Shown here: positions 10,085 through 19,340 of the stretch, in pieces
Position numbering within the stretch: the first letter of the stretch is position 1
Layout: every line of letters starts with the position of its first letter
IMG/VR virus record: IMGVR_UViG_3300042308_001049
Coordinates: 66,564-130,563 of that record
DNA: 64,000 nt
Strand: one strand, 5' to 3'
From: a virus
Notes under the pieces: model-generated
What the model was told of the DNA's origin: nothing
Database searches by the model: none
The model's input: only the letters and a program-made list of their open reading frames with translations
Made by a program: the position numbers and the translations under genes

Positions 10085-10351
10085 ATGAGCTTTGATGTAG
10101 CTAAATGGAATAAAAAACGATACCTAGCAGAAGCTGGTCTTCTTGAAAATGAAGAAGCAGATAAGGTACATGATCTTATATATGATGCTAATCCATCATA
10201 CCCTAATTTAGCCAAAGCTTTAGCTAAATTTCTTAAAGGTACAGAAGAAGATCTTGATAGTGGGTTTTCCTTAGATCAAATAAAAGATTTTATGAAAATT
10301 CTTCATACTGAATTAGGTGTAAATAATATGAAAGAAGAATATTTACCTTAA
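10085..10351 (+). CDS. Hypothetical protein (putative internal head protein)
   Basis: MSFDVAKWNKKRYLAE leader; TATTTATT motif at 10054. Confidence 0.5.
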   Translation: MSFDVAKWNKKRYLAEAGLLENEEADKVHDLIYDANPSYPNLAKALAKFLKGTEEDLDSGFSLDQIKDFMKILHTELGVNNMKEEYLP

Positions 10352-10367
10352 TCTACATTAGATAATT

Positions 10368-11477
10368 ATGAAAGACTTAGATAAAATCAAAGAATTCTTC
10401 TCTCAACCAATCCCAGGTGAGGACGCCATTGATACAATCTCAATGGATGTTCCTCTTTTTCTTCGTATGTTAGAATATGCTAAAGAAGATGCTCAAGAAG
10501 ATGTAGACCTGCATGATGTAACACAACGTGCTACTGAACTAAGTAAGACTAAGCCTTTCTTGTCAATGGAGGACTATAATGAGATTGTAGCCGCCTCTCA
10601 AGAAATTGATGAAGAAGTAGGTTACCTTTCCTTAAAAGATGATAACCCATTTGATGATGTCCCTTCAATTGACATCCAAATCATTGATGATAAAGAAGGA
10701 GTTAGCTCACCTAAAGCATTTGTAAACTTTAGTTCTATGTACCATAGTGGAGACAATGGTAAGATGGAAATCTTAAAAAACAATCCTGCTCTACAAGATA
10801 AGGTAATGATGGCTCTTCAATCAGAGTTTCAAAAGACATTTAGAAGAGTAATTCACGGTATTTTAGGTGAACCATTTGGTTTAAGAGAAGATGCTTTTGA
10901 AGACACTTGGGCTCTTAATAGAAAAAAAGCACAATCATTTATAGAAAAATATCCTAATGACACTGGTATAAACTATGTTAAAGCATACCTAGACATAGAT
11001 GATATGGTGGATGCAAACCGATATTGGAATGATTTTGTTAGAAAAATTATTAATAAGTCTCCTAATAATGAATCTTTAAAAGAAAAAATCAAAGAAATTC
11101 TTTTAGAGAAAAAAAAAAAGAGAGACCGCTGCCTTAGAATAGCTGATCGTAGATATAAAAAACCATCTGCTTATAAATCAGGCGCTGTAGTTAGATGCCG
11201 TGATGGAGAAATTTGGAAAAATTTAAAAGAAGCCATTCAAGAAATCATCCAGGAGGATGAATCCCTCTACAAATGGTTTAAACGTACAGGCACCCCAGGC
11301 AAAGAAGGAGGTTGGGTTGATTGTAATGCCCCTATTCGTAAAGATGGTAAAATAACAGGTTATAAATCTTGTGGTAGAAAAGAAGGAGAAAAACGTGCTA
11401 AATATCCTTCTTGTCGCCCTACAGCCGCTAAATGTAAAGACCCAGGCAAAGGTAAAAAATGGGGAAAAACAAAATAA
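10368..11477 (+). CDS. Mosaic hypothetical protein with basic Cys-containing C-terminal modules
   Basis: Acidic and basic blocks separated by LRE/LLE/LKE/IQE; WVDC...CGR...YPSCRP module. Confidence 0.55.
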   Translation: MKDLDKIKEFFSQPIPGEDAIDTISMDVPLFLRMLEYAKEDAQEDVDLHDVTQRATELSKTKPFLSMEDYNEIVAASQEIDEEVGYLSLKDDNPFDDVPSIDIQIIDDKEGVSSPKAFVNFSSMYHSGDNGKMEILKNNPALQDKVMMALQSEFQKTFRRVIHGILGEPFGLREDAFEDTWALNRKKAQSFIEKYPNDTGINYVKAYLDIDDMVDANRYWNDFVRKIINKSPNNESLKEKIKEILLEKKKKRDRCLRIADRRYKKPSAYKSGAVVRCRDGEIWKNLKEAIQEIIQEDESLYKWFKRTGTPGKEGGWVDCNAPIRKDGKITGYKSCGRKEGEKRAKYPSCRPTAAKCKDPGKGKKWGKTK

Positions 11478-11516
11478 CTATACATATTTATAACATATAC
11501 TCTAATTGAACATACA

Positions 11517-13328
11517 ATGGATAATTTTGATTTAAGAAAATTTTTAACTGAAGGTAAGCTATATAAAGAAAATCTAGTAAATACAAGATCTGAAGCTGAA
11601 CAAGACGCTCAAATCTTCCATAAGGATTTAGTAGTTAAATATGGCTTTGATAATGTAGCTGATGCCTTAGAGGCACTTTATGATAATGCTGAAGAAGGTG
11701 GTGCTAGCTATGAAAACATAGCTGATCTTCTTAAGATGGATAACTCCATGCTTGTAGACATGATTGTAGACAATTTAACTGAAGGTAAGCTATATAAAGA
11801 AAATCTAGTAAATACAAGATCTGAAGCTGAACAAGACGCTCAAATCTTCCATAAGGATTTAGTAGTTAAATATGGCTTTGATAATGTAGCTGATGCCTTA
11901 GAGGCACTTTATGATAATGCTGAAGAAGGTGGTGCTAGCTATGAAAACATAGCTGATCTTCTTAAGATGGATAACTCCATGCTTGTAGACATGATTGTAG
12001 ACAATTTAACTGAAGGTAAAGATAAGTCTTCTAATATTCAAAAACTAATGGCCGCAGGTTATTCAAAATCAAATGCTGAAGATTTTGCTGATGAATTTGA
12101 ACAGGGTGGATCAAAAGTTCCTCAAAGAGTAAAAGATATTTTAACAAACGAATCTGTTAAATCAAAAATGAAAATGTCTGAACTTAAGGCTAAAATTCGT
12201 ACTGAAATCTTAGCTGAGCTTTCTCTAAATGAGGATGAAGAAGACAACTTTATGGGTGGTGCTGAATCTGAAGCAGATGTTGACCCAGTTTACGAGGCGA
12301 CCAAAGACGGTGACGGTGAAGTCCCAGCCAAAGATGCAGACACAGACGTTGACATCATAGATAAAGAAGAAGTAGACATTGACATTAAGAAAAAACCTAA
12401 AATGTCTATGAAAGTAGATGATAATTTCTTAGATCAATTAGAGGATTTAAAAGATGAAGCTGATGCGATAGGTGATAATAAACTCGAAAGACAAATCGAT
12501 AACACTATCACTTACTTTACTCGCCAACATATTGCTAAAGATACAAATGAGTCTTTTGAGTTAGAAGAAGCTTATGATGAATTAGAAGGAAATGATATGG
12601 ATTTAGTACGTAGTCTAGAAGCTGAACTAATGGAAGGATATAGCGAATTCCAGCGTGTTGGTAGAGGTAAAAAGAAAACAGTAGCTAGAAATAAAGGTGA
12701 AGAAGAAGTTTACGGAGCCGGAGTTAAAAAAGGTGAAGAAATTGAAAAAGAAAAACTTGGAGAATCACTTGAAATCCTTAAAATGAAAAAATTAGCTGGC
12801 CTTTTATCTGAAGGTGAATACGCCAAAGCATTATTAAGAGAAATGGAAGAAATATCTGAAGATAAACTCCCAACTATTAAAATTTCAAAAGACATATACT
12901 ACTTTGATAAATTAGATAGGTTAGATACTAAAGATAATGTTGATGAAAAATATCATGATAAGGCTAATTTAATATTTAAAAAAGGTCAAACAGTAAAAGA
13001 TGACACCAAATATGAAGATTCAGAATATAAAATGATTACTTCATCAAGAAGTCTTAAAAAAGGAATAGATTATATCTCACAATCAATCAATGAAGTAGAA
13101 ACAACATCTGGAGATTCAAATTTTGAATCTATAAAACAATCTGTAATAGATAAATTAGAAAGAGAATACCAAAAGGATATAGATAGCAATTATATAGATA
13201 CTGATATTATAGACCAAGTTAAATCAGCAACAGATATTGATTCACTTGAAAAGATTATATTTACCAATATAGATGATCAATATGATTTCTTATTCCCTAT
13301 CTATAAGAAAATAATATTCGGAAAATAA
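11517..13328 (+). CDS. Mosaic acidic protein with a 77-aa internal duplication (putative internal head protein)
   Basis: MDNFDLRKFLTE leader; TATTTATA at 11485; modules end in LTE/LNE/LME/INE. Confidence 0.6.
   Translation: MDNFDLRKFLTEGKLYKENLVNTRSEAEQDAQIFHKDLVVKYGFDNVADALEALYDNAEEGGASYENIADLLKMDNSMLVDMIVDNLTEGKLYKENLVNTRSEAEQDAQIFHKDLVVKYGFDNVADALEALYDNAEEGGASYENIADLLKMDNSMLVDMIVDNLTEGKDKSSNIQKLMAAGYSKSNAEDFADEFEQGGSKVPQRVKDILTNESVKSKMKMSELKAKIRTEILAELSLNEDEEDNFMGGAESEADVDPVYEATKDGDGEVPAKDADTDVDIIDKEEVDIDIKKKPKMSMKVDDNFLDQLEDLKDEADAIGDNKLERQIDNTITYFTRQHIAKDTNESFELEEAYDELEGNDMDLVRSLEAELMEGYSEFQRVGRGKKKTVARNKGEEEVYGAGVKKGEEIEKEKLGESLEILKMKKLAGLLSEGEYAKALLREMEEISEDKLPTIKISKDIYYFDKLDRLDTKDNVDEKYHDKANLIFKKGQTVKDDTKYEDSEYKMITSSRSLKKGIDYISQSINEVETTSGDSNFESIKQSVIDKLEREYQKDIDSNYIDTDIIDQVKSATDIDSLEKIIFTNIDDQYDFLFPIYKKIIFGK
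11543..12019 (+). repeat. 231-bp tandem duplication bounded by TTTAACTGAAGGTAA
   Basis: The 15-mer starts at 11543, 11774 and 12005; the two copies look identical. Confidence 0.9.
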
Positions 13329-13430
13329 AAAACCATGAAAGAATCACTCGAAATCCTTAAAATGAAAAAATTAGCTGGCCTTTTAACTGAAGGTGAATAT
13401 GCTAAAGCATTGTTAAGAGAAATGGAAGAA
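12761..13430 (+). repeat. About 90-bp dispersed repeat (12761-12850 and 13340-13430) encoding ESLEILKMKKLAGLL[S/T]EGEYAKALLREMEE
   Basis: Near-identical DNA inside one gene and at the start of the next. Confidence 0.85.
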
Positions 13431-13715
13431 GACGTATTTGACTATAGTAATCTTGTTCTCGGAACTATCAATCGACTTATTGATATGGAAGAGAAAGGAG
13501 AAAATATCCTTAACATACTAGGTAGAATCTCTGAATGGAATGAATTAGTAGATTTAGCTAGAGAAGAAGAAGGAGATTCATTTGATTATAGTAATCTTGT
13601 TCTTGGAACTATTAACCAACTTATTAACATGGGAGAAAAAGGGCAAAGTGTCCTTAACATACTAGGTAGAATCTCTGAATGGAATGAAGTAGTAGATTTA
13701 GCTAGAGAAGCATAA
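13335..13715 (+). CDS. Hypothetical protein with MKKLAGL motif and a 48-aa tandem repeat
   Basis: FDYSNLVLGTIN...VDLARE at 13437 and 13581 (144-bp period). Confidence 0.6.
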   Translation: MKESLEILKMKKLAGLLTEGEYAKALLREMEEDVFDYSNLVLGTINRLIDMEEKGENILNILGRISEWNELVDLAREEEGDSFDYSNLVLGTINQLINMGEKGQSVLNILGRISEWNEVVDLAREA

Positions 13716-13731
13716 AATAAAAATAAAAAAT

Positions 13732-13905
13732 ATGACATCACAAGAACTATATACCAAAATGGCTGAATTGTTTGAAACATTAACAATCGAACATAACAAA
13801 CCAGCTAAAGCCGCTCATGGTCGTGCTCGTAAAGCAGCAGGTGAGCTTAAAAAACTTATCACTGAATATAGAAAAGCTTCTACATTAGAGGATAAAGCAA
13901 AATAA
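13732..13905 (+). CDS. Histone H1-like (Hc1 family) small basic protein, 57 aa, absent from the ORF track
   Basis: MTSQELYTKMAELFETLTIEHNKPAKAAHGRARKAAGELKKLITEYRKASTLEDKAK; the KAA-x-x-RARKA...L-x-K-L-x-x-E-[YF]-RK-x-S pattern matches Hc1-like proteins. Confidence 0.72.
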   Translation: MTSQELYTKMAELFETLTIEHNKPAKAAHGRARKAAGELKKLITEYRKASTLEDKAK

Positions 13906-13906
13906 A

Positions 13907-15028
13907 ATGACACCAGAAGAAAAAGCTAAAGCGGACGAAATCTATAAAGCCATCATTGGCAAGGAAAGAAACTCTTTAGTTAAACGTTATGGTAAAGGCG
14001 CAACCGCTGAAAGAGTTGCAAAAGGTAGAGCAATAAAAATAGCCCAAAAAATAGCAGAAAAGAAAATGGAACCATCAAAAGATAGACTTAAAGAAATGGT
14101 TAAAGCCGCCCTAATGCAAGAAAAAGCAGGCTTCACAAACCAATTTGACAACGACCCAGCCTTAAAAGGTGGTCAAAAGAAACTCCCAGATGGTTTACAA
14201 AAAGCCATTATCTCTAAAGCTAAGGGTAAGATGAAAGAAGCTTTATCCTCTAACTCCAACTACTCAGAATATTCAAATGATGCCTTAACAGATATGATTA
14301 TTAATCTTTCAAGATATGAAGGTACTGAGGACTTAGTTAAAAGAGTAAAAGACGAGTTAGAAAATCGTCGTGAAAAGGCAAAAGGTGAGATGAAAGAAGA
14401 TCTTGACCTAGGCCACACTGACAACGAACCACATATGCTTAAAAGTGATCTATACCATATTGGAAAATATGCTATGGATCTCTACCAAATGGTAGATCAG
14501 TTTGAAGGTATGGGTGAGGTTGATTTCCCACATTGGTGGCAGTCAAAAATCATTAAGGCAAAAGAAATGATGTCTAGTGCTAAACACTACCTTGATTTTG
14601 AAACTAGAGAACCAGAAATTGATGCTATGGTAGGTGCGGTTGATGCTATAAGTATGAATGAAGCTAAACAGGAACCAGTAATGATTGATGGTAAAGAAGT
14701 TAATATAGGTAGTATTGAACCTTCTAATATCTCCCCAGATGATTACCCTGACTTCTCAGACGCATACGCTGCAAACGCTAAATTCATGGATGGGATTGAA
14801 TTAACTGATGAACAATTAGCCATGTTAGATGATCAGTATCCTGATGTTGTAAGAAATCGAGCTGAGGAGAAAATACTTGGAGAGAAAAAACTTACTAAGC
14901 CTGAACTTAAAAAAAGAGAAGAAATAGCTAAAGCTATGGAAAAAGGTGATCCAAAAATGGATATGGAAAAGAAAATGAAAATAGCAACTTCTATAGCTAA
15001 AAGAGTAGCTGAACGACTTAAAAAATAA
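13907..15028 (+). CDS. Mosaic hypothetical protein (putative internal head protein)
   Basis: Modules delimited by MQE/MKE/MNE/LGE; contains a FPHWWQSKIIKA module. Confidence 0.55.
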   Translation: MTPEEKAKADEIYKAIIGKERNSLVKRYGKGATAERVAKGRAIKIAQKIAEKKMEPSKDRLKEMVKAALMQEKAGFTNQFDNDPALKGGQKKLPDGLQKAIISKAKGKMKEALSSNSNYSEYSNDALTDMIINLSRYEGTEDLVKRVKDELENRREKAKGEMKEDLDLGHTDNEPHMLKSDLYHIGKYAMDLYQMVDQFEGMGEVDFPHWWQSKIIKAKEMMSSAKHYLDFETREPEIDAMVGAVDAISMNEAKQEPVMIDGKEVNIGSIEPSNISPDDYPDFSDAYAANAKFMDGIELTDEQLAMLDDQYPDVVRNRAEEKILGEKKLTKPELKKREEIAKAMEKGDPKMDMEKKMKIATSIAKRVAERLKK

Positions 15029-15033
15029 ACAAC

Positions 15034-15480
15034 GTGACTAAAGACGAACTAAAAGAAAAAATTAGAGTCTTAGTTAAACAAGTCTATGTCGATAAAGCTA
15101 AAACAACAATAGCGGCAGCCGAATATGATGAGTTAACTAAATTCCCAGAACTTAAAAAAGTTTTGGTAGACTTACTTACTCCTGACTTTGATTTTTTCCT
15201 AGCCTCGATTGATTGGGTTGCTCCTCGTCCTACAACATTCCGTATCAATCTAAAGAATGGTACTAGTTTCTATCTTATCTTTACCCCACGCTCTTGGATT
15301 GCTCAAGTAGAAGGTAAAAAATATTACCTCCTAAACTTAAATGAGGAAGAAGCAGCTTGTGAAGCCATTGCTCGTCAATTACGTTATCAGGTACCTGTTA
15401 AAGACAAACCTGAAGGGGCTGCTAGTGAAGTAGATGTGACTCCAACAGAAACTGAAGAAGAAGTACCCGCAGAAGCATAA
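15034..15480 (+). CDS. Hypothetical protein
   Basis: GTG start; MTKDELKEKIR leader similar to neighbours. Confidence 0.55.
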   Translation: MTKDELKEKIRVLVKQVYVDKAKTTIAAAEYDELTKFPELKKVLVDLLTPDFDFFLASIDWVAPRPTTFRINLKNGTSFYLIFTPRSWIAQVEGKKYYLLNLNEEEAACEAIARQLRYQVPVKDKPEGAASEVDVTPTETEEEVPAEA

Positions 15481-15486
15481 TAGACT

Positions 15487-16575
15487 ATGGCTGAATTAAA
15501 TACATATGGTGATTTAAAAAAAGTTATTAAGACTATTTCTCTTCAACAAAAAGGAGAAGAAATTGGTAATGTAGCTATTGATACTATTTTAGGAGCAATT
15601 CCTGGAATTGGTGCTGCTAAAACAACATTTGATTTTGTAAGAGCAGCTTTCTCTAAACGAGATATTGAAAAAACTAACACTTGGTTAGATAAATTAGACA
15701 TTGATGATGAAATGTCCTCTATTGTAGATGATACAGTAGAAAATGGATTTTTAAAATATTTAGCTAAATCAATTGAAAGTAAGCCAGATAATACTGAGTT
15801 AGAAGCTGACTTTAATATGAATGCTGAAATGGTTGATTATTTAAAAAGAACTTATGGGGGTAGAACAATAACAGGCATATCAGAATTTAAAATGAATCCA
15901 TTCGATAAATTCTTAAAAAGAGTTTCTTGGAAATTTCCTAAAGGCTATCCTGACATGAAAAATGAACAGGATAAAAAACTTTTATTTGAAATGGCTTACT
16001 CTATTTTAGGTGAGGTAGAAGATGAAGTAGAAGATAAAACAAAATATGGTTATAAAATAGGTGAATTTACAACACCATCTGAAACATTAGCCTCACGTAA
16101 CTGGACTTTTAACTCAAAAGTAGGCTATTTAGGCACTGGACATTATTTTTACGGTGACGAAGAAACCGCATCAGAAGATCGTCGTTTCTTAGGAAGATCA
16201 TCTAATATAAAAAAATTCCCATTAAGCGATTATAAACTATATAGGGCCTCAGATCCTGAAAAATTCTATGATAATATAAAACTTATCACTCGTGAATTAG
16301 GTTTATATGCCTCATCTGGTGAGGAATTATCTGAACCTGAACTAAATGAAGCTTTAGAGGAAATATATAATATAATTCAAGATGAATTAGGTTTATCTAT
16401 ACCTAAAGATAAAGTATTTACTATTTTAAAAGAATTCATTAGTGATGTCCAAAATAGAAAAGACGGTCCTTTACTTTCTAACCGTTTATTGCAACCACTA
16501 GGATACGATGGTATTGATAATACTAATACCAATCTAGATAATTACGGAGTAGGCTCAGTTATATTTACTGACTAA
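15487..16575 (+). CDS. Mosaic protein with a possible ADP-ribosyltransferase-like C-terminal domain
   Basis: GYLGTGHYFY...GYDGID motif pair; internal VSWKFPKGYPD module. Confidence 0.45.
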   Translation: MAELNTYGDLKKVIKTISLQQKGEEIGNVAIDTILGAIPGIGAAKTTFDFVRAAFSKRDIEKTNTWLDKLDIDDEMSSIVDDTVENGFLKYLAKSIESKPDNTELEADFNMNAEMVDYLKRTYGGRTITGISEFKMNPFDKFLKRVSWKFPKGYPDMKNEQDKKLLFEMAYSILGEVEDEVEDKTKYGYKIGEFTTPSETLASRNWTFNSKVGYLGTGHYFYGDEETASEDRRFLGRSSNIKKFPLSDYKLYRASDPEKFYDNIKLITRELGLYASSGEELSEPELNEALEEIYNIIQDELGLSIPKDKVFTILKEFISDVQNRKDGPLLSNRLLQPLGYDGIDNTNTNLDNYGVGSVIFTD

Positions 16576-16579
16576 AAAG

Positions 16580-16609
16580 TTTGGCCTCCTAAAAATTTCA
16601 CATTACATT
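16580..16609 (+). promoter_or_regulatory. Bacteroidota-like promoter TTTG-N20-TACATT
   Basis: Exact 20-nt spacer; upstream of the phosphoesterase gene. Confidence 0.55.
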
Positions 16610-16632
16610 AATGGTTATATAATAATATTTGT

Positions 16633-17727
16633 ATGGCAAATAAAGAATTATCATCTCAAGTAACTGATAGAATTGTTACAGTTGAACAGTTACTAAACGC
16701 TCATGACATTTCACTTGAGTATTGGGAAATTGAAAAACAAATTGTTAACTCTTGGGAAGTTGGAGCTAAAACACCTGATGGTACAATAGCTACAACACCA
16801 TTATTTCAAGTTAAAGTATGGCTTAGAAGTAAAATTGAATCTAAACGTTTGGATACTATTAAACAAGAGTTTATAGATGATTTGAAAGCATTATCACCTA
16901 TAGTTAAAAAGATCAAATATACTAATTCAAGTAGTAAACCTAAAAAATTAGTTGAACTTAATATTTTTGACCTCCACTTAGGTAAATTTGCATGGCATGA
17001 AGAAACAAATGAGGACTATGATCTTAAAATAGCTATTGATATTTTCAATAACTGCATTGACCATTTTATAGACTCAATCCAAGGAGTAAATGTAGATAAA
17101 TTCTTACTCCCAATAGGTAATGATTTCTTTAACTCAGATTATTCTTACCCATTTAATAGAACTACTAAAGGTACTCCACAGGAAAATGATACACGTTGGC
17201 AGCATATTTTTAGAAAAGGCCGCCAACTACTTATTGACAATATTAACAAACTAACTCAAATCGCCCCAGTTGATATTGTTATGATTCCTGGTAATCATGA
17301 TTATGAGAAAATCTTTTATCTAGGTGATTCACTTGAGGGATGGTTCTCAAATAATGAAAATGTAAATGTTAATAACATTGCTAATCCTAGAAAATATTAT
17401 AAGTATGGTAATATACTTTTAGGATTTACCCACGGAGATAAAGAACGTATTAACGATCTACCTCTAATTATGGCTCAAGAAAACCCAATGGAATGGGGTA
17501 CTACTAAACATAGAGAATTCCATTTAGGCCATATTCACCATAAGCAGGAAATTAAATACAAATCAACCCATGAGTATAACGGTGTAATTATTCGTTATAT
17601 GAGCTCACTAGCAGGTAATGACGCTTGGCATCATAGTAAAGGATATGTGGGTAGTAAACGTTCAGCTGAATGTTTAGTATGGGACTCAGAAAAAGGTCTC
17701 GATATACAAATTTACTATACTTTGTAA
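16633..17727 (+). CDS. Calcineurin-like metallophosphoesterase
   Basis: DLHLG, GNDFF, GNHD, HGD and GHIH motifs. Confidence 0.85.
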   Translation: MANKELSSQVTDRIVTVEQLLNAHDISLEYWEIEKQIVNSWEVGAKTPDGTIATTPLFQVKVWLRSKIESKRLDTIKQEFIDDLKALSPIVKKIKYTNSSSKPKKLVELNIFDLHLGKFAWHEETNEDYDLKIAIDIFNNCIDHFIDSIQGVNVDKFLLPIGNDFFNSDYSYPFNRTTKGTPQENDTRWQHIFRKGRQLLIDNINKLTQIAPVDIVMIPGNHDYEKIFYLGDSLEGWFSNNENVNVNNIANPRKYYKYGNILLGFTHGDKERINDLPLIMAQENPMEWGTTKHREFHLGHIHHKQEIKYKSTHEYNGVIIRYMSSLAGNDAWHHSKGYVGSKRSAECLVWDSEKGLDIQIYYTL

Positions 17728-17746
17728 TATTTATGGCCGTATAGCC

Positions 17747-18571
17747 ATGGATTACGAAAAAATTATAACAGATTATCGCATTGGTAAAGACTCTAGAGTT
17801 GTTTTTGAAAACGACCCTAAAGTTTACTATGTTAAAAATATCGCTCCCAACCGTAAAGGAATATTTGTAACTCTCACTGGTAGTGAAAATATTTATAAGA
17901 GACTTAGTGATCTAATTACAGTAAATAGTAAAAAAGTAGTAAAAGAAAATATGTGCAGCTGTGGATGTAACACCTGTAATACGCCTAAAGCTCCGTTATT
18001 AAACGAGAGTCTAGTCAAGCGTCAGGCCCTATCTGAAGGTCTAAATTACCACGTTTCAAAATCAATCCCTTTAACAGAGAATGTTTACAGAGCAGGCTCT
18101 GAAAAATATTTCCAACTATGGAAAGAAGCTCGTGATTTATATGTTCGTGACTTACTAGAGGTACAAGGAGATGACTTAGACATTATCCTAGAAACAGATC
18201 TAGGATATACAGGCATTTATGAAGGTAAAGAAGTATACTTAGACTTTATCTTTGAAGAAGAAATTAAAGAAGCAGAATACCAAGGTAAAGATGTAGAATT
18301 GAACAAACCAAAACGTGGTGGCTCTAAAAAATTCTATGTTTATGTAAAAGATCCTAAGACTAAAAAAGTTAAAAAAGTATCATTTGGTGCTAAAGATGGA
18401 GGTCAAAACTTACGTGTTAAAATAAATGATCCTAAAGCGCGTAAAGCATTTGCTGATAGACAAAATTGTTCTCAAAAGAATGATAAGACAAAACCAGGTT
18501 ACTGGGCTTGCCGTTTACCTCGTTACGCAAAATTACTCGGTTTAAAATCTAACTTTAGCGGTTTCTGGTGA
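17747..18571 (+). CDS. Mosaic hypothetical protein with a basic C-terminal module
   Basis: CSCGCNTC patch; modules after VKE/LNE/LSE/IKE; KKFYVYVK...SFG...C...YWAC; TATTTATG at 17728. Confidence 0.55.
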   Translation: MDYEKIITDYRIGKDSRVVFENDPKVYYVKNIAPNRKGIFVTLTGSENIYKRLSDLITVNSKKVVKENMCSCGCNTCNTPKAPLLNESLVKRQALSEGLNYHVSKSIPLTENVYRAGSEKYFQLWKEARDLYVRDLLEVQGDDLDIILETDLGYTGIYEGKEVYLDFIFEEEIKEAEYQGKDVELNKPKRGGSKKFYVYVKDPKTKKVKKVSFGAKDGGQNLRVKINDPKARKAFADRQNCSQKNDKTKPGYWACRLPRYAKLLGLKSNFSGFW

Positions 18572-18572
18572 T

Positions 18573-19340
18573 ATGAAACTAACCTATACTAAACTTCTCA
18601 AAGAGAATAAACAAGCTATCTTAGAAAATGTAAGACAGGCTAAACAGTATGAAGCACAAGGTAAACTAACCTCTGAAGAGCTTAAAACTCTTATTGATAT
18701 AGATCCAACCCCTACTCGTAAATTTGTAGGATGGATGGCTAAACAGTGGATAAATAAGACAGTTACCGATATAGACGATTTAAGAAACACTGTTGAAGAG
18801 TTTAATGTCTTCCTTAATAAAGGAAAAACTAGGACTAAAGATATCAACCAGTTTAAAACTTTTAATGATCTTTATAGCGAAGTTGAAGCTATAAATAAAT
18901 CAGGAGAAGGTATTTCAGTAAAAGACCTAGAATCGGATTATGAAACTGTTATAGATAATTCAGATTTACTTATAATATCTCCCCACACCCATGAAGCCTC
19001 TCGTAAACTAGGTTTATCCCAGTTTGCCTTTAGATCCACGGATGATGAAGACTGTAAAGCAACAGGTGGAAAAGATTCGGCATGGTGTACTACCTATAAA
19101 GCCCCAGATCATTTTAATGACTACTACTATGCCAATAATGTTACATTCTACTACATTAAAGTAAAGTCTAAAGAACTCATAAATAAATTAAAAGAAGCAT
19201 TCCCTAAGCGCTGGAAAACTCTAGTAGTAACAGCTTTAGCAGTTCTTCCTAATGGTAAAATAGATGGATATGATGGTTTGGATAAACAGATTAGTAAAAA
19301 AGATATTGATACTTTTACTAATATTATAGGCATATCATGA
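18573..19340 (+). CDS. Hypothetical protein with MKLTYTKLLKE leader and WCT motif
   Basis: Leader motif; DSAWCTT. Confidence 0.55.
   Translation: MKLTYTKLLKENKQAILENVRQAKQYEAQGKLTSEELKTLIDIDPTPTRKFVGWMAKQWINKTVTDIDDLRNTVEEFNVFLNKGKTRTKDINQFKTFNDLYSEVEAINKSGEGISVKDLESDYETVIDNSDLLIISPHTHEASRKLGLSQFAFRSTDDEDCKATGGKDSAWCTTYKAPDHFNDYYYANNVTFYYIKVKSKELINKLKEAFPKRWKTLVVTALAVLPNGKIDGYDGLDKQISKKDIDTFTNIIGIS

Noticed and set aside
11543-13715. Repeat pairs as template/variable regions of a diversity-generating retroelement
   Set aside because: No reverse transcriptase in the window, and the differences are not adenine-specific.
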